From: Eledone cirrhosa | Lineage: Eukaryota | Length of the DNA: 64,000 nucleotides | Assembly: GCA_964016885.1 (NCBI GenBank) | Contig: OZ024742.1 | Location: 371,814,001 to 371,878,000 of the forward strand | Reading direction: 5' to 3' | The notes under the pieces: generated by a model | Databases searched by the model: none | What the model was told of the DNA's origin: nothing | Seen by the model: only the letters and a program-made list of their open reading frames with translations | Made by a program: the position numbers and the translations under genes | Shown: piece after piece, positions 42,001 to 55,789 of the stretch | Layout: every line of letters starts with the position of its first letter | How positions within the stretch are numbered: position 1 is the stretch's first letter

Positions 42001-45000
42001 TAGACCAGACAGCATGGCCCATTGGTTAGTGTGTTGGACTTGACAACTACAAGGTTGTGGGTTCAATTTCTAAACCAGACAGCATGGCCCATTGGTTAGT
42101 GTGTTGGACTTGACAATTACAAGGTTGTGGGTTCAATTTCTAGACCAGACAGCATGGCCCATTGGTTAGTGTGTTGGACTTGACAATTACAAGGTTGTGG
42201 GTTCAATTTCTAGACCAGACAGCATGGCCCATTGGTTAGTGTGTTGGACTTGACAATTACAAGGTTGTGGGTTCAATTTCTAAACCAGACAGCATGGCCC
42301 ATTGGTTAGTGTGTTGGACTTGACAATTACAAGGTTGTGGGTTCAATTTCTAGACCAGACAGCATGGCCCATTGGTTAGTGTGTTGGACTTGACAATTAC
42401 AAGGTTGTGGGTTCAATTTCTAGACCAGACAGCATGGCCCATTGGTTAGTGTGTTGGACTTGACAATTACAAGGTTGTGGGTTCAATTTCTAGACCAGAC
42501 AGCATGGCCCATTGGTTAGTGTGTTGGACTTGACAATTACAAGGTTGTGGGTTCAATTTCTAGACCAGACAGCATGGCCCATTGGTTAGTGTGTTGGACT
42601 TGACAATTACAAGGTTGTGGGTTCAATTTCTAGACCAGACAGCATGGTCCATTGGTTAGTGTGTTGGACTTGACAATTACAAGGTTGTGGGTTCAATTTC
42701 TAGACCAGACAGCATGGCCCATTGGTTAGTGTGTTGGACTTGACAATTACAAGGTCGTGAGTTGAATTTCTAGACCAGACAGCATGGCCCATTGGTTAGT
42801 GTGTTGGACTTGACAATTACAAGGTTGTGGGTTCAATTTCTAGACCAGACAGCATGGCCCATTGGTTAGTGTGTTGGACTTGACAATTACAAGGTTGTGG
42901 GTTCAATTTCTAGACCAGACAGCATGGTCCATTGGTTAGTGTGTTGGACTTGACAATTACAAGGTTGTGGGTTCAATTTCTAGACCAGACAGCATGGTCC
43001 ATTGGTTAGTGTGTTGGACTTGACAATTACAAGGTTGTGGGTTCAATTTCTAGACCAGACAGCATGGCCCATTGGTTAGTGTGTTGGACTTGACAATTAC
43101 AAGGTCGTGAGTTGAATTTCTAGACCAGACAGCATGGCCCATTGGTTAGTGTGTTGGACTTGACAATTACAAGGTTGTGGGTTCAATTTCTAAACCAGAC
43201 AGCATGGCCCATTGGTTAGTGTGTTGGACTTGACAATTACAAGGTTGTGGGTTCAATTTCTAGACCAGACAGCATGGCCCATTGGTTAGTGTGTTGGACT
43301 TGACAATTACAAGGTCGTGAGTGGAATTTCTAGACCAGACAGCATGGCTCATTGGTTAGTGTGTTGGACTTGACAATTACAAGGTTGTGGGTTCAATTTC
43401 TAGACCAGACAGCATGGCCCATTGGTTAGTGTGTTGGACTTGACAATTACAAGGTTGTGGGTTCAATTTCTAGACCAGACAGCATGGTCCATTGGTTAGT
43501 GTGTTGGACTTGACAATTACAAGGTTGTGGGTTCAATTTCTAGACCAGACAGCATGGCCCATTGGTTAGTGTGTTGGACTTGACAATTACAAGGTTGTGG
43601 GTTCAATTTCTAGACCAGACAGCAAGGCCCATTGGTTAGTGTGTTGGACTTGACAATAACAAGGTTGTGGGTTCTATTTCTAGACCAGACAGTATGGCCC
43701 ATTGGTTAGTGTGTTGTACTTGACAAATACAAGGTTGTGGGTTCAATTTCTAGACCAGACAGCAAGGCCCATTGGTTAGTGTGTTGGACTTGACAATTAC
43801 AAGGTTGTGGGTTCTATTTCTAGACCAGACAGCATTGTCCATTGGTTAGTGTGTTGGACTTGACAATTACAAGGTTGTGGGTTCAATTTCTAGACCAGAC
43901 AGCATGGCCCATTGGTTAGTGTGTTGGACTTGACAATTACAAGGTTGTGGGTTCAATTTCTAGACCAGACAGCATGGCCCATTGGTTAGTGTGTTGGACT
44001 TGACAATTACAAGGTTGTAGCTTCAATTTCTAGACCAGACAGCATGGCCCATTGGTTAGTGTGTTGGACTTGACAATGACAAGGTCGTGGGTTCAATTTC
44101 TAGACCAGGTAGCATGGCCCATTGGTTAGTGTGTTGGACTTGACAATTACAAGGTTGTAGCTTGTATTTCTAGACCAGACAGCATGGCCCATTGGTTAGT
44201 CTGTTGGAATTGACAATTACAAGGTTGTGGGTTCAATTTCTAGACCAGACAGTATGGCCCATTGGTTAGTGTGTTGGACTTGACAATTACAAGGTTGTGG
44301 GTTCAATTTCTAGACCAGACAGCATGGCCCATTGGTTAGTGTGTTGGACTTGACAATTACAAGGTCGTGGGTTCAATTTCTAGACCAGGTAGCATGGCCC
44401 ATTGGTTAGTGTGTTGGACTTGACAATTACAAGGTTGTGGGTTCAATTTCTAGACCAGACAGTATGGCCCATTGGTTAGTGTGTTGGACTTGACAATTAC
44501 AAGGTTGTGGGTTCAATTTCTTGACCAGACAGCATGGCCCATTGGTTAGTGTGTTGGACTTGACAATTACAAGGTTGTGGATTCAATTTCTAGACCAGAC
44601 AGTATGGCCCATTGGTTAGTGTGTTGGACTTGACAATTACAAGGTTGTGGGTTCAATTTCTAGACCAGACAGCATGGTCCATTGGTTAGTGTGTTGAACT
44701 TGACAATTACAAGGTTGTGGGTTCAATTTCTAGACCAGACAGCATGCCCCATTGGTTAGTGTGTTGGACTTGACAATTACAAGGTTGTGGGTTCTATTTC
44801 TAGACCAGACAGCATTGTCCATTGGTTAGTGTGTTGAACTTGACAATTACAAGGTTGTGGGTTCAATTTCTAGACCAGACAGCATGCCCCATTGGTTAGT
44901 GTGTTGGACTTGACAATTGCAAGGTTGTGGGTTCAATTTCTAGACCAGACAGCATGGCCCATTGGTTAGTGTGTTGGACTTAACAATTACAAGGTTGTGG

Positions 45001-48000
45001 GTTCAATTTCTAGACCAGACAGCATTGTCCATTGGTTAGTGTGTTGGACTTGACAATTACAAGGTTGTGGGTTCAATTTCTAGACCAGACAGCATGGCCC
45101 ATTGGTTAGTGTGTTCGACTTGACAATTACAAGGTTGTGGGTTCAATTTCTAGACCAGACAGCATGGTCCATTGGTTAGTGTGTTGGACTTGACAATTAC
45201 AAGGTTGTGGGTTCAATTTCTAGACCAGACACCATGGCCCATTGGTTAGTGTGTTGGACTTGACAATTACAAGGTTGTGGGTTCAATTTCTAGACCAGAC
45301 AGCAAGGCCCATTGGTTAGTGTGTTGGACTTGACAATTACAAGGTTGTGGGTTCTATTTCTAGACCAGACAGTATGGCCCATTGGTTAGTGTGCTGGACT
45401 TGACAAATACAAGGTTGTGGGTTCAATTTCTAGACCAGACAGCAAGGCCCATTGGTTAGTGTGTTGGACTTGACAATTACAAGGTTGTGGGTTCTATTTC
45501 TAGACCAGACAGCATTGTCCATTGGTTAGTGTGTTGGACTTGACAATTACAAGGTTGTGGGTTCAATTTCTAGACCAGACAGCATGGCCCATTGGTTAGT
45601 GTGTTGGACTTGACAATTACAAGGTTGTGGGTTCAATTTCTAGACCAGACAGCATGGCCCATTGGTTAGTGTGTTGGACTTGACAATTACAAGGTTGTAG
45701 CTTCAATTTCTAGACCAGACAGCATGGCCCATTGGTTAGTGTGTTGGACTTGACAATGACAAGGTCGTGGGTTCAATTTCTAGACCAGGTAGCATGGCCC
45801 ATTGGTTAGTGTGTTGGACTTGACAATTACAAGGTTGTAGCTTCAATTTCTAGACCAGACAGCATGGCCCATTGGTTAGTCTGTTGGACTTGACAATTAC
45901 AAGGTTGTGGGTTCAATTTCTAGACCAGACAGTATGGCCCATTGGTTAGTGTGTTGGACTTGACAATTACAAGGTTGTGGGTTCAATTTCTAGACCAGAC
46001 AGCATGGCCCATTGGTTAGTGTGTTGGACTTGACAATTACAAGGTCGTGGGTTCAATTTCTAGACCAGGTAGCATGGCCCATTGGTTAGTGTGTTGGACT
46101 TGACAATTACAAGGTTGTAGCTTCAATTTCTAGACCAGACAGCATGGCCCATTGGTTAGTCTGTTGGACTTGACAATTACAAGGTCGTGGGTTCAGTTTC
46201 TAGACCAGACAGCATGACCCATTGGTTAGTGTGTTGGACTTGACAATTACAAGGTCGTGGGTTCAATTTCTAGACCAGACAGCATGGCCCATTGGTTAGT
46301 GTGTTGGACTTGACAATTACAAGGTTGTGGGTTCAATTTCTAGACCAGACAGCATGGCCCATTGGTTAGTGTGTTGGACTTGACAACTACAAGGTTGTGG
46401 GTTCAATTTCTAAACCAGACAGCATGGCCCATTGGTTAGTGTGTTGGACTTGACAATTACAAGGTTGTGGGTTCAATTTCTAGACCAGACAGCATGGCCC
46501 ATTGGTTAGTGTGTTGGACTTGACAATTACAAGGTTGTGGGTTCAATTTCTAGACCAGACAGCATGGCCCATTGGTTAGTGTGTTGGACTTGACAATTAC
46601 AAGGTTGTGGGTTCAATTTCTAAACCAGACAGCATGGCCCATTGGTTAGTGTGTTGGACTTGACAATTACAAGGTTGTGGGTTCAATTTCTAGACCAGAC
46701 AGCATGGCCCATTGGTTAGTGTGTTGGACTTGACAATTACAAGGTTGTGGGTTCAATTTCTAGACCAGACAGCATGGCCCATTGGTTAGTGTGTTGGACT
46801 TGACAATTACAAGGTTGTGGGTTCAATTTCTAGACCAGACAGCATGGCCCATTGGTTAGTGTGTTGGACTTGACAATTACAAGGTTGTGGGTTCAATTTC
46901 TAGACCAGACAGCATGGCCCATTGGTTAGTGTGTTGGACTTGACAATTACAAGGTTGTGGGTTCAATTTCTAGACCAGACAGCATGGTCCATTGGTTAGT
47001 GTGTTGGACTTGACAATTACAAGGTTGTGGGTTCAATTTCTAGACCAGACAGCATGGCCCATTGGTTAGTGTGTTGGACTTGACAATTACAAGGTCGTGA
47101 GTTGAATTTCTAGACCAGACAGCATGGCCCATTGGTTAGTGTGTTGGACTTGACAATTACAAGGTTGTGGGTTCAATTTCTAGACCAGACAGCATGGCCC
47201 ATTGGTTAGTGTGTTGGACTTGACAATTACAAGGTTGTGGGTTCAATTTCTAGACCAGACAGCATGGTCCATTGGTTAGTGTGTTGGACTTGACAATTAC
47301 AAGGTTGTGGGTTCAATTTCTAGACCAGACAGCATGGCCCATTGGTTAGTGTGTTGGACTTGACAATTACAAGGTCGTGAGTTGAATTTCTAGACCAGAC
47401 AGCATGGCCCATTGGTTAGTGTGTTGGACTTGACAATTACAAGGTTGTGGGTTCAATTTCTAAACCAGACAGCATGGCCCATTGGTTAGTGTGTTGGACT
47501 TGACAATTACAAGGTTGTGGGTTCAATTTCTAGACCAGACAGCATGGCCCATTGGTTAGTGTGTTGGACTTGACAATTACAAGGTCGTGAGTGGAATTTC
47601 TAGACCAGACAGCATGGCTCATTGGTTAGTGTGTTGGACTTGACAATTACAAGGTTGTGGGTTCAATTTCTAGACCAGACAGCATGGCCCATTGGTTAGT
47701 GTGTTGGACTTGACAATTACAAGGTTGTGGGTTCAATTTCTAGACCAGACAGCATGGTCCATTGGTTAGTGTGTTGGACTTGACAATTACAAGGTTGTGG
47801 GTTCAATTTCTAGACCAGACAGCATGGCCCATTGGTTAGTGTGTTGGACTTGACAATTACAAGGTTGTGGGTTCAATTTCTAGACCAGACAGCAAGGCCC
47901 ATTGGTTAGTGTGTTGGACTTGACAATAACAAGGTTGTGGGTTCTATTTCTAGACCAGACAGTATGGCCCATTGGTTAGTGTGTTGGACTTGACAAATAC

Positions 48001-51000
48001 AAGGTTGTGGGTTCAATTTCTAGACCAGACAGCAAGGCCCATTGGTTAGTGTGTTGGACTTGACAATTACAAGGTTGTGGGTTCTATTTCTAGACCAGAC
48101 AGCATTGTCCATTGGTTAGTGTGTTGGACTTGACAATTACAAGGTTGTGGGTTCAATTTCTAGACCAGACAGCATGGCCCATTGGTTAGTGTGTTGGACT
48201 TGACAATTACAAGGTTGTGGGTTCAATTTCTAGACCAGACAGCATGGCCCATTGGTTAGTGTGTTGGACTTGACAATTACAAGGTTGTAGCTTCAATTTC
48301 TAGACCAGACAGCATGGCCCATTGGTTAGTGTGTTGGACTTGACAATGACAAGGTCGTGGGTTCAATTTCTAGACCAGGTAGCATGGCCCATTGGTTAGT
48401 GTGTTGGACTTGACAATTACAAGGTTGTAGCTTGTATTTCTAGACCAGACAGCATGGCCCATTGGTTAGTCTGTTGGAATTGACAATTACAAGGTTGTGG
48501 GTTCAATTTCTAGACCAGACAGTATGGCCCATTGGTTAGTGTGTTGGACTTGACAATTACAAGGTTGTGGGTTCAATTTCTAGACCAGACAGCATGGCCC
48601 ATTGGTTAGTGTGTTGGACTTGACAATTACAAGGTCGTGGGTTCAATTTCTAGACCAGGTAGCATGGCCCATTGGTTAGTGTGTTGGACTTGACAATTAC
48701 AAGGTTGTGGGTTAAATTTCTAGACCAGACAGTATGGCCCATTGGTTAGTGTGTTGGACTTGACAATTACAAGGTTGTGGGTTCAATTTCTTGACCAGAC
48801 AGCATGGCCCATTGGTTAGTGTGTTGGACTTGACAATTACAAGGTTGTGGATTCAATTTCTAGACCAGACAGTATGGCCCATTGGTTAGTGTGTTGGACT
48901 TGACAATTACAAGGTTGTGGGTTCAATTTCTAGACCAGACAGCATGGTCCATTGGTTAGTGTGTTGAACTTGACAATTACAAGGTTGTGGGTTCAATTTC
49001 TAGACCAGACAGCATGCCCCATTGGTTAGTGTGTTGGACTTGACAATTACAAGGTTGTGGGTTCTATTTCTAGACCAGACAGCATTGTCCATTGGTTAGT
49101 GTGTTGAACTTGACAATTACAAGGTTGTGGGTTCAATTTCTAGACCAGACAGCATGCCCCATTGGTTAGTGTGTTGGACTTGACAATTGCAAGGTTGTGG
49201 GTTCAATTTCTAGACCAGACAGCATGGCCCATTGGTTAGTGTGTTGGACTTAACAATTACAAGGTTGTGGGTTCAATTTCTAGACCAGACAGCATTGTCC
49301 ATTGGTTAGTGTGTTGGACTTGACAATTACAAGGTTGTGGGTTCAATTTCTAGACCAGACAGCATGGCCCATTGGTTAGTGTGTTCGACTTGACAATTAC
49401 AAGGTTGTGGGTTCAATTTCTAGACCAGACAGCATGGTCCATTGGTTAGTGTGTTGGACTTGACAATTACAAGGTTGTGGGTTCAATTTCTAGACCAGAC
49501 ACCATGGCCCATTGGTTAGTGTGTTGGACTTGACAATTACAAGGTTGTGGGTTCAATTTCTAGACCAGACAGCAAGGCCCATTGGTTAGTGTGTTGGACT
49601 TGACAATTACAAGGTTGTGGGTTCTATTTCTAGACCAGACAGTATGGCCCATTGGTTAGTGTGCTGGACTTGACAAATACAAGGTTGTGGGTTCAATTTC
49701 TAGACCAGACAGCAAGGCCCATTGGTTAGTGTGTTGGACTTGACAATTACAAGGTTGTGGGTTCTATTTCTAGACCAGACAGCATTGTCCATTGGTTAGT
49801 GTGTTGGACTTGACAATTACAAGGTTGTGGGTTCAATTTCTAGACCAGACAGCATGGCCCATTGGTTAGTGTGTTGGACTTGACAATTACAAGGTTGTGG
49901 GTTCAATTTCTAGACCAGACAGCATGGCCCATTGGTTAGTGTGTTGGACTTGACAATTACAAGGTTGTAGCTTCAATTTCTAGACCAGACAGCATGGCCC
50001 ATTGGTTAGTGTGTTGGACTTGACAATGACAAGGTCGTGGGTTCAATTTCTAGACCAGGTAGCATGGCCCATTGGTTAGTGTGTTGGACTTGACAATTAC
50101 AAGGTTGTAGCTTCAATTTCTAGACCAGACAGCATGGCCCATTGGTTAGTCTGTTGGACTTGACAATTACAAGGTTGTGGGTTCAATTTCTAGACCAGAC
50201 AGTATGGCCCATTGGTTAGTGTGTTGGACTTGACAATTACAAGGTTGTGGGTTCAATTTCTAGACCAGACAGCATGGCCCATTGGTTAGTGTGTTGGACT
50301 TGACAATTACAAGGTCGTGGGTTCAATTTCTAGACCAGGTAGCATGGCCCATTGGTTAGTGTGTTGGACTTGACAATTACAAGGTTGTAGCTTCAATTTC
50401 TAGACCAGACAGCATGGCCCATTGGTTAGTCTGTTGGACTTGACAATTACAAGGTTGTGGGTTCAATTTCTAGACCAGACAGTATGGCCCATTGGTTAGT
50501 GTGTTGGACTTGACAATTACAAGGTCGTGGGTTCAGTTTCTAGACCAGACAGCATGACCCATTGGTTAGTGTGTTGGACTTGACAATTACAAGGTCGTGG
50601 GTTCAATTTCTAGACCAGACAGCATGGCCCATTGGTTAGTGTGTTGGACTTGACAATTACAAGGTTGTGGGTTCAATTTCTAGACCAGACAGCATGGCCC
50701 ATTGGTTAGTGTGTTGGACTTGACAATTACAAGGTTGTGGGTTCAATTTCTAAACCAGACAGCATGGCCCATTGGTTAGTGTGTTGGACTTGACAATTAC
50801 AAGGTTGTGGGTTCAATTTCTAGACCAGACAGCATGGCCCATTGGTTAGTGTGTTGGACTTGACAATTACAAGGTTGTGGGTTCAATTTCTAGACCAGAC
50901 AGCATGGCCCATTGGTTAGTGTGTTGGACTTGACAATTACAAGGTTGTGGGTTCAATTTCTAAACCAGACAGCATGGCCCATTGGTTAGTGTGTTGGACT

Positions 51001-51940
51001 TGACAATTACAAGGTTGTGGGTTCAATTTCTAGACCAGACAGCATGGCCCATTGGTTAGTGTGTTGGACTTGACAATTACAAGGTTGTGGGTTCAATTTC
51101 TAGACCAGACAGCATGGCCCATTGGTTAGTGTGTTGGACTTGACAATTACAAGGTTGTGGGTTCAATTTCTAGACCAGACAGCATGGCCCATTGGTTAGT
51201 GTGTTGGACTTGACAATTACAAGGTTGTGGGTTCAATTTCTAGACCAGACAGCATGGCCCATTGGTTAGTGTGTTGGACTTGACAATTACAAGGTTGTGG
51301 GTTCAATTTCTAGACCAGACAGCATGGTCCATTGGTTAGTGTGTTGGACTTGACAATTACAAGGTTGTGGGTTCAATTTCTAGACCAGACAGCATGGCCC
51401 ATTGGTTAGTGTGTTGGACTTGACAATTACAAGGTCGTGAGTTGAATTTCTAGACCAGACAGCATGGCCCATTGGTTAGTGTGTTGGACTTGACAATTAC
51501 AAGGTTGTGGGTTCAATTTCTAGACCAGACAGCATGGCCCATTGGTTAGTGTGTTGGACTTGACAATTACAAGGTCGTGAGTTGAATTTCTAGACCAGAC
51601 AGCATGGCCCATTGGTTAGTGTGTTGGACTTGACAATTACAAGGTTGTGGGTTCAATTTCTAAACCAGACAGCATGGCCCATTGGTTAGTGTGTTGGACT
51701 TGACAATTACAAGGTTGTGGGTTCAATTTCTAGACCAGACAGCATGGCCCATTGGTTAGTGTGTTGGACTTGACAATTACAAGGTCGTGAGTGGAATTTC
51801 TAGACCAGACAGCATGGCTCATTGGTTAGTGTGTTGGACTTGACAATTACAAGGTTGTGGGTTCAATTTCTAGACCAGACAGCATGGCCCATTGGTTAGT
51901 GTGTTGGACTTGACAATTACAAGGTTGTGGGTTCAATTTC
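39060..51940. repeat. Three tandem copies of a 61-63-monomer block (about 4.3 kb)
   Basis: GTGCTGG at 40981, 45391, 49661. GTTCAGTTTC at 41851, 46191, 50531. GTGGAATTTC at 43321, 47591, 51791. TGACAATAAC at 39241, 43651, 47921. Confidence 0.9.
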
Positions 51941-54900
51941 TAGACCAGACAGCATGGCCCATTGGTTAGTGTGTTGGACTTGACAATTACAAGGTTGTGG
52001 GTTCAATTTCTACACCAGACAGCATGGTCCATTGGTTAGTGTGTTGGACTTGACAATTACAAGGTTGTGGGTTCAATTTCTAGACCAGACAGCATGGCCC
52101 ATTGGTTAGTGTGTTGGACTTGACAATTACAAGGTCGTGAGTTGAATTTCTAGACCAGACAGCATGGCCCATTGGTTAGTGTGTTGGACTTGACAATTAC
52201 AAGGTTGTGGGTTCAATTTCTAGACCAGACAGCATGGTCCATTGGTTAGTGTGTTGGACTTGACAATTACAAGGTTGTGGGTTCAATTTCTAGACCAGAC
52301 AGCATGGCCCATTGGTTAGTGTGTTGGACTTGACAATTACAAGGTCGTGAGTTGAATTTCTAGACCAGACAGCATGGCCCATTGGTTAGTGTGTTGGACT
52401 TGACAATTACAAGGTTGTGGGTTCAATTTCTAGACCAGACAGCATGGCCCATTGGTTAGTGTGTTGGACTTGACAATTACAAGGTTGTGGGTTCAATTTC
52501 TAGACCAGACAGCATGGCCCATTGGTTAGTGTGTTGGACTTGACAATTACAAGGTTGTGGGTTCAATTTCTAGACCAGACAGCATGGTCCATTGGTTAGT
52601 GTGTTGGACTTGACAATTACAAGGTTGTGGGTTCAATTTCTAGACCAGACAGCATGGCCCATTGGTTAGTGTGTTGGACTTGACAATTACAAGGTCGTGA
52701 GTTGAATTTCTAAACCAGACAGCATGGCCCATTGGTTAGTGTGTTGGACTTGACAATTACAAGGTTGTGGGTTCAATTTCTAGACCAGACAGCATGGTCC
52801 ATTGGTTAGTGTGTTGGACTTGACAATTACAAGGTTGTGGGTTCAATTTCTAGACCAGACAGCATGGCCCATTGGTTAGTGTGTTGGACTTGACAATTAC
52901 AAGGTCGTGAGTTGAATTTCTAGACCAGACAGCATGGCCCATTGGTTAGTGTGTTGGACTTGACAATTACAAGGTTGTGGGTTCAATTTCTAGACCAGAC
53001 AGCATGGCCCATTGGTTAGTGTGTTGGACTTGACAATTACAAGGTTGTGGATTCAATTTCTAGACCAGACAGCATGGCCCATTGGTTAGTGTGTTGGACT
53101 TGACAATTACAAGGTTGTGGGTTCAATTTCTAGACCAGACAGCATGGTCCATTGGTTAGTGTGTTGGACTTGACAATTACAAGGTTGTGGGTTCAATTTC
53201 TAGACCAGACAGCATGGCCCATTGGTTAGTGTGTTGGACTCTACAATTACAAGGTCGTGAGTTGAATTTCTAGACCAGACAGCATGGCCCATTGGTTAGT
53301 GTGTTGGACTTGACAATTACAAGGTTGTGGGTTCAATTTCTAGACCAGACAGCATGGCCCATTGGTTAGTGTGTTGGACTTGACAATTACAAGGTTGTGG
53401 GTTCAATTTCTAGACCAGACAGCATGGCCCATTGGTTAGTGTGTTGGACTTGACAATTACAAGGTCGTGAGTTGAATTTCTAGACCAGACAGCATGGCCC
53501 ATTGGTTAGTGTGTTGGACTTGACAATTACAAGGTCGTGGGTTCAATTTCTAGAGCAGACAGCATGGCCCATTGGTTAGTGTGTTGGACTTGACAATTAC
53601 AAGGTTGTGGGTTCAATTTCTAGACCAGACAGCATGGCCCATTGGTTAGTGTGTTGGACTTGACAATTACAAGGTTGTGGGTTCAATTTCTAGACCAGAC
53701 AGCATGGCCCGTTGGTTAGTGTGTTGGACTTGACATTTACAAGGTTGTGGGTTCAATTTCTAGACCAGACAGTATGGCCCATTGGTTAGTGTGTTGGACT
53801 TGACAATTACAAGGTTGTGGGTTCAATTTCTAGACCAGACAGCATGGCCCATTGGTTAGTGTGTTGGACTTGACAATTACAAGGTTGTGGGTTCAATTTC
53901 TAGACCAGACAGCATGGTCCATTGGTTAGTGTGTTGGACTTGACAATTACAAGGTTGTGGGTTCAATTTCTAGACCAGACAGCATGGCCCATTGGTTAGT
54001 GTGTTGGACTTGACAATTGCAAGGTTGTGGGTTCAATTTCTAGACCAGACAGCATGGCCCATTGGTTAGTGTGTTGGACTTAACAATTACAAGGTTGTGG
54101 GTTCAATTTCTAGACCAGACAGCATGGCCCATTGGTTAGTGTGTTGGACTTGACAATTACAAGGTTGTGGGTTCAATTTCTAGACCAGACAGTATGGCCC
54201 ATTGGTTAGTGTGTTGGACTTGACAATTACAAGGTTGTGGGTTCAATTTCTAGACCAGACAGCATGGCCCATTGGTTAGTGTGTTGGACTTGACAATTAC
54301 AAGGTTGTGGATTCAATTTCTAGACCAGACAATATGGCCCATTGGTTAGTGTGTTGGACTTGACAATTACAAGGTTGTGGGTTCAATTTCTAGACCAGAC
54401 AGCATGGCCCATTGGTTAGTGTGTTGGACTTGACAATTACAAGGTTGTGGGTTCAATTTCTAGACCAGACAGCATGGCCCATTGGTTAGTGTGTTGGACT
54501 TGACAATTACAAGGTTGTGGGTTCAATTTCTAGACCAGACAGCATGGCCCATTGGTTAGTGTGTTGGACTTGACAATTACAAGGTCGTGAGTTGAATTTC
54601 TAGACCAGACAGCATGGCCCATTGGTTAGTGTGTTGGACTTGACAATTACAAGGTTGTGGGTTCAATTTCTAGACCAGACAGCATGGCCCATTGGTTAGT
54701 ATGTTGGACTTGACAATTAAAAGGTTGTGGGTTCAATTTCTAGACCAGACAGCATGGCCCATTGGTTAGTATGTTGGACTTGACAATTACAGGGTTGTGG
54801 GTTCAATTTCTAGACCAGACAGCATGGCCCATTGGTTAGTGTGTTGGACTTGACAATTACAGGGTTGTGGGTTCAATTTCTAGACCAGACAGCATGGCCC

Positions 54901-55789
54901 ATTGGTTAGTGTGTTGGACTTGACAATTACAAGGTTGTGGGTTCAATTTCTAGACCAGACAGCATGGCCCATTGGTTAGTGTCTTCGACTTGACAATTAC
55001 AAGGTTGTGGGTTCAATTTCTAGACCAGACAGCATGGCCCATTGGTTAGTGTGTTGGACTTGACAATTACAAGGTTGTGATTTCAATTTCTAGACCAGAC
55101 AGTATGGCCCATTGGTTAGTGTGTTCGACTTGACAATTACAAGGTTGTGGGTTCAATTTCTAGACCAGACAGCATGGCCCATTGGTTAGTGTGTTGGACT
55201 TGACAATTACAAGGTTGTGGGTTAAATTTCTAGACCAGACAGTATGGCCCATTGGTTAGTGTGTTGGACTTGACAATTACAAGGTTGTGGGTTCAATTTC
55301 TAGACCAGACAGCATGACCCATTGGTTAGTGTGTTGGACTTGACAATTACAAGGTTGTGGATTCAATTTCTAGACCAGACAATATGGCCCATTGGTTAGT
55401 GTGTTGGACTTGACAATTACAAGGTTATGGGTTCAATTTCTAGACCAGACAGCATGGCCCATTGGTTAGTGTGTTGGACTTGACAATTACAAGGTCGTGA
55501 GTTGAATTTCTAGACCAGACAGCATGGCCCATTGGTTAGTGTGTTGGACTTGACAATTACAGGGTTGTGGGTTCAATTTCTAGACCAGACAGCATGGCCC
55601 ATTGGTTAGTATGTTGGACTTGACAATTACAGGGTTGTGGGTTCAATTTCTAGACCAGACAGCATGGCCCATTGGTTAGTGTGTTGGACTTGACAATTAC
55701 AAGGTTGTGGGTTCAATTTCTAGACCAGACAGCATGGTCCATTGGTTAGTGTGTTGGACTTGACAATTACAAGGTTGTGGGTTCAATTT

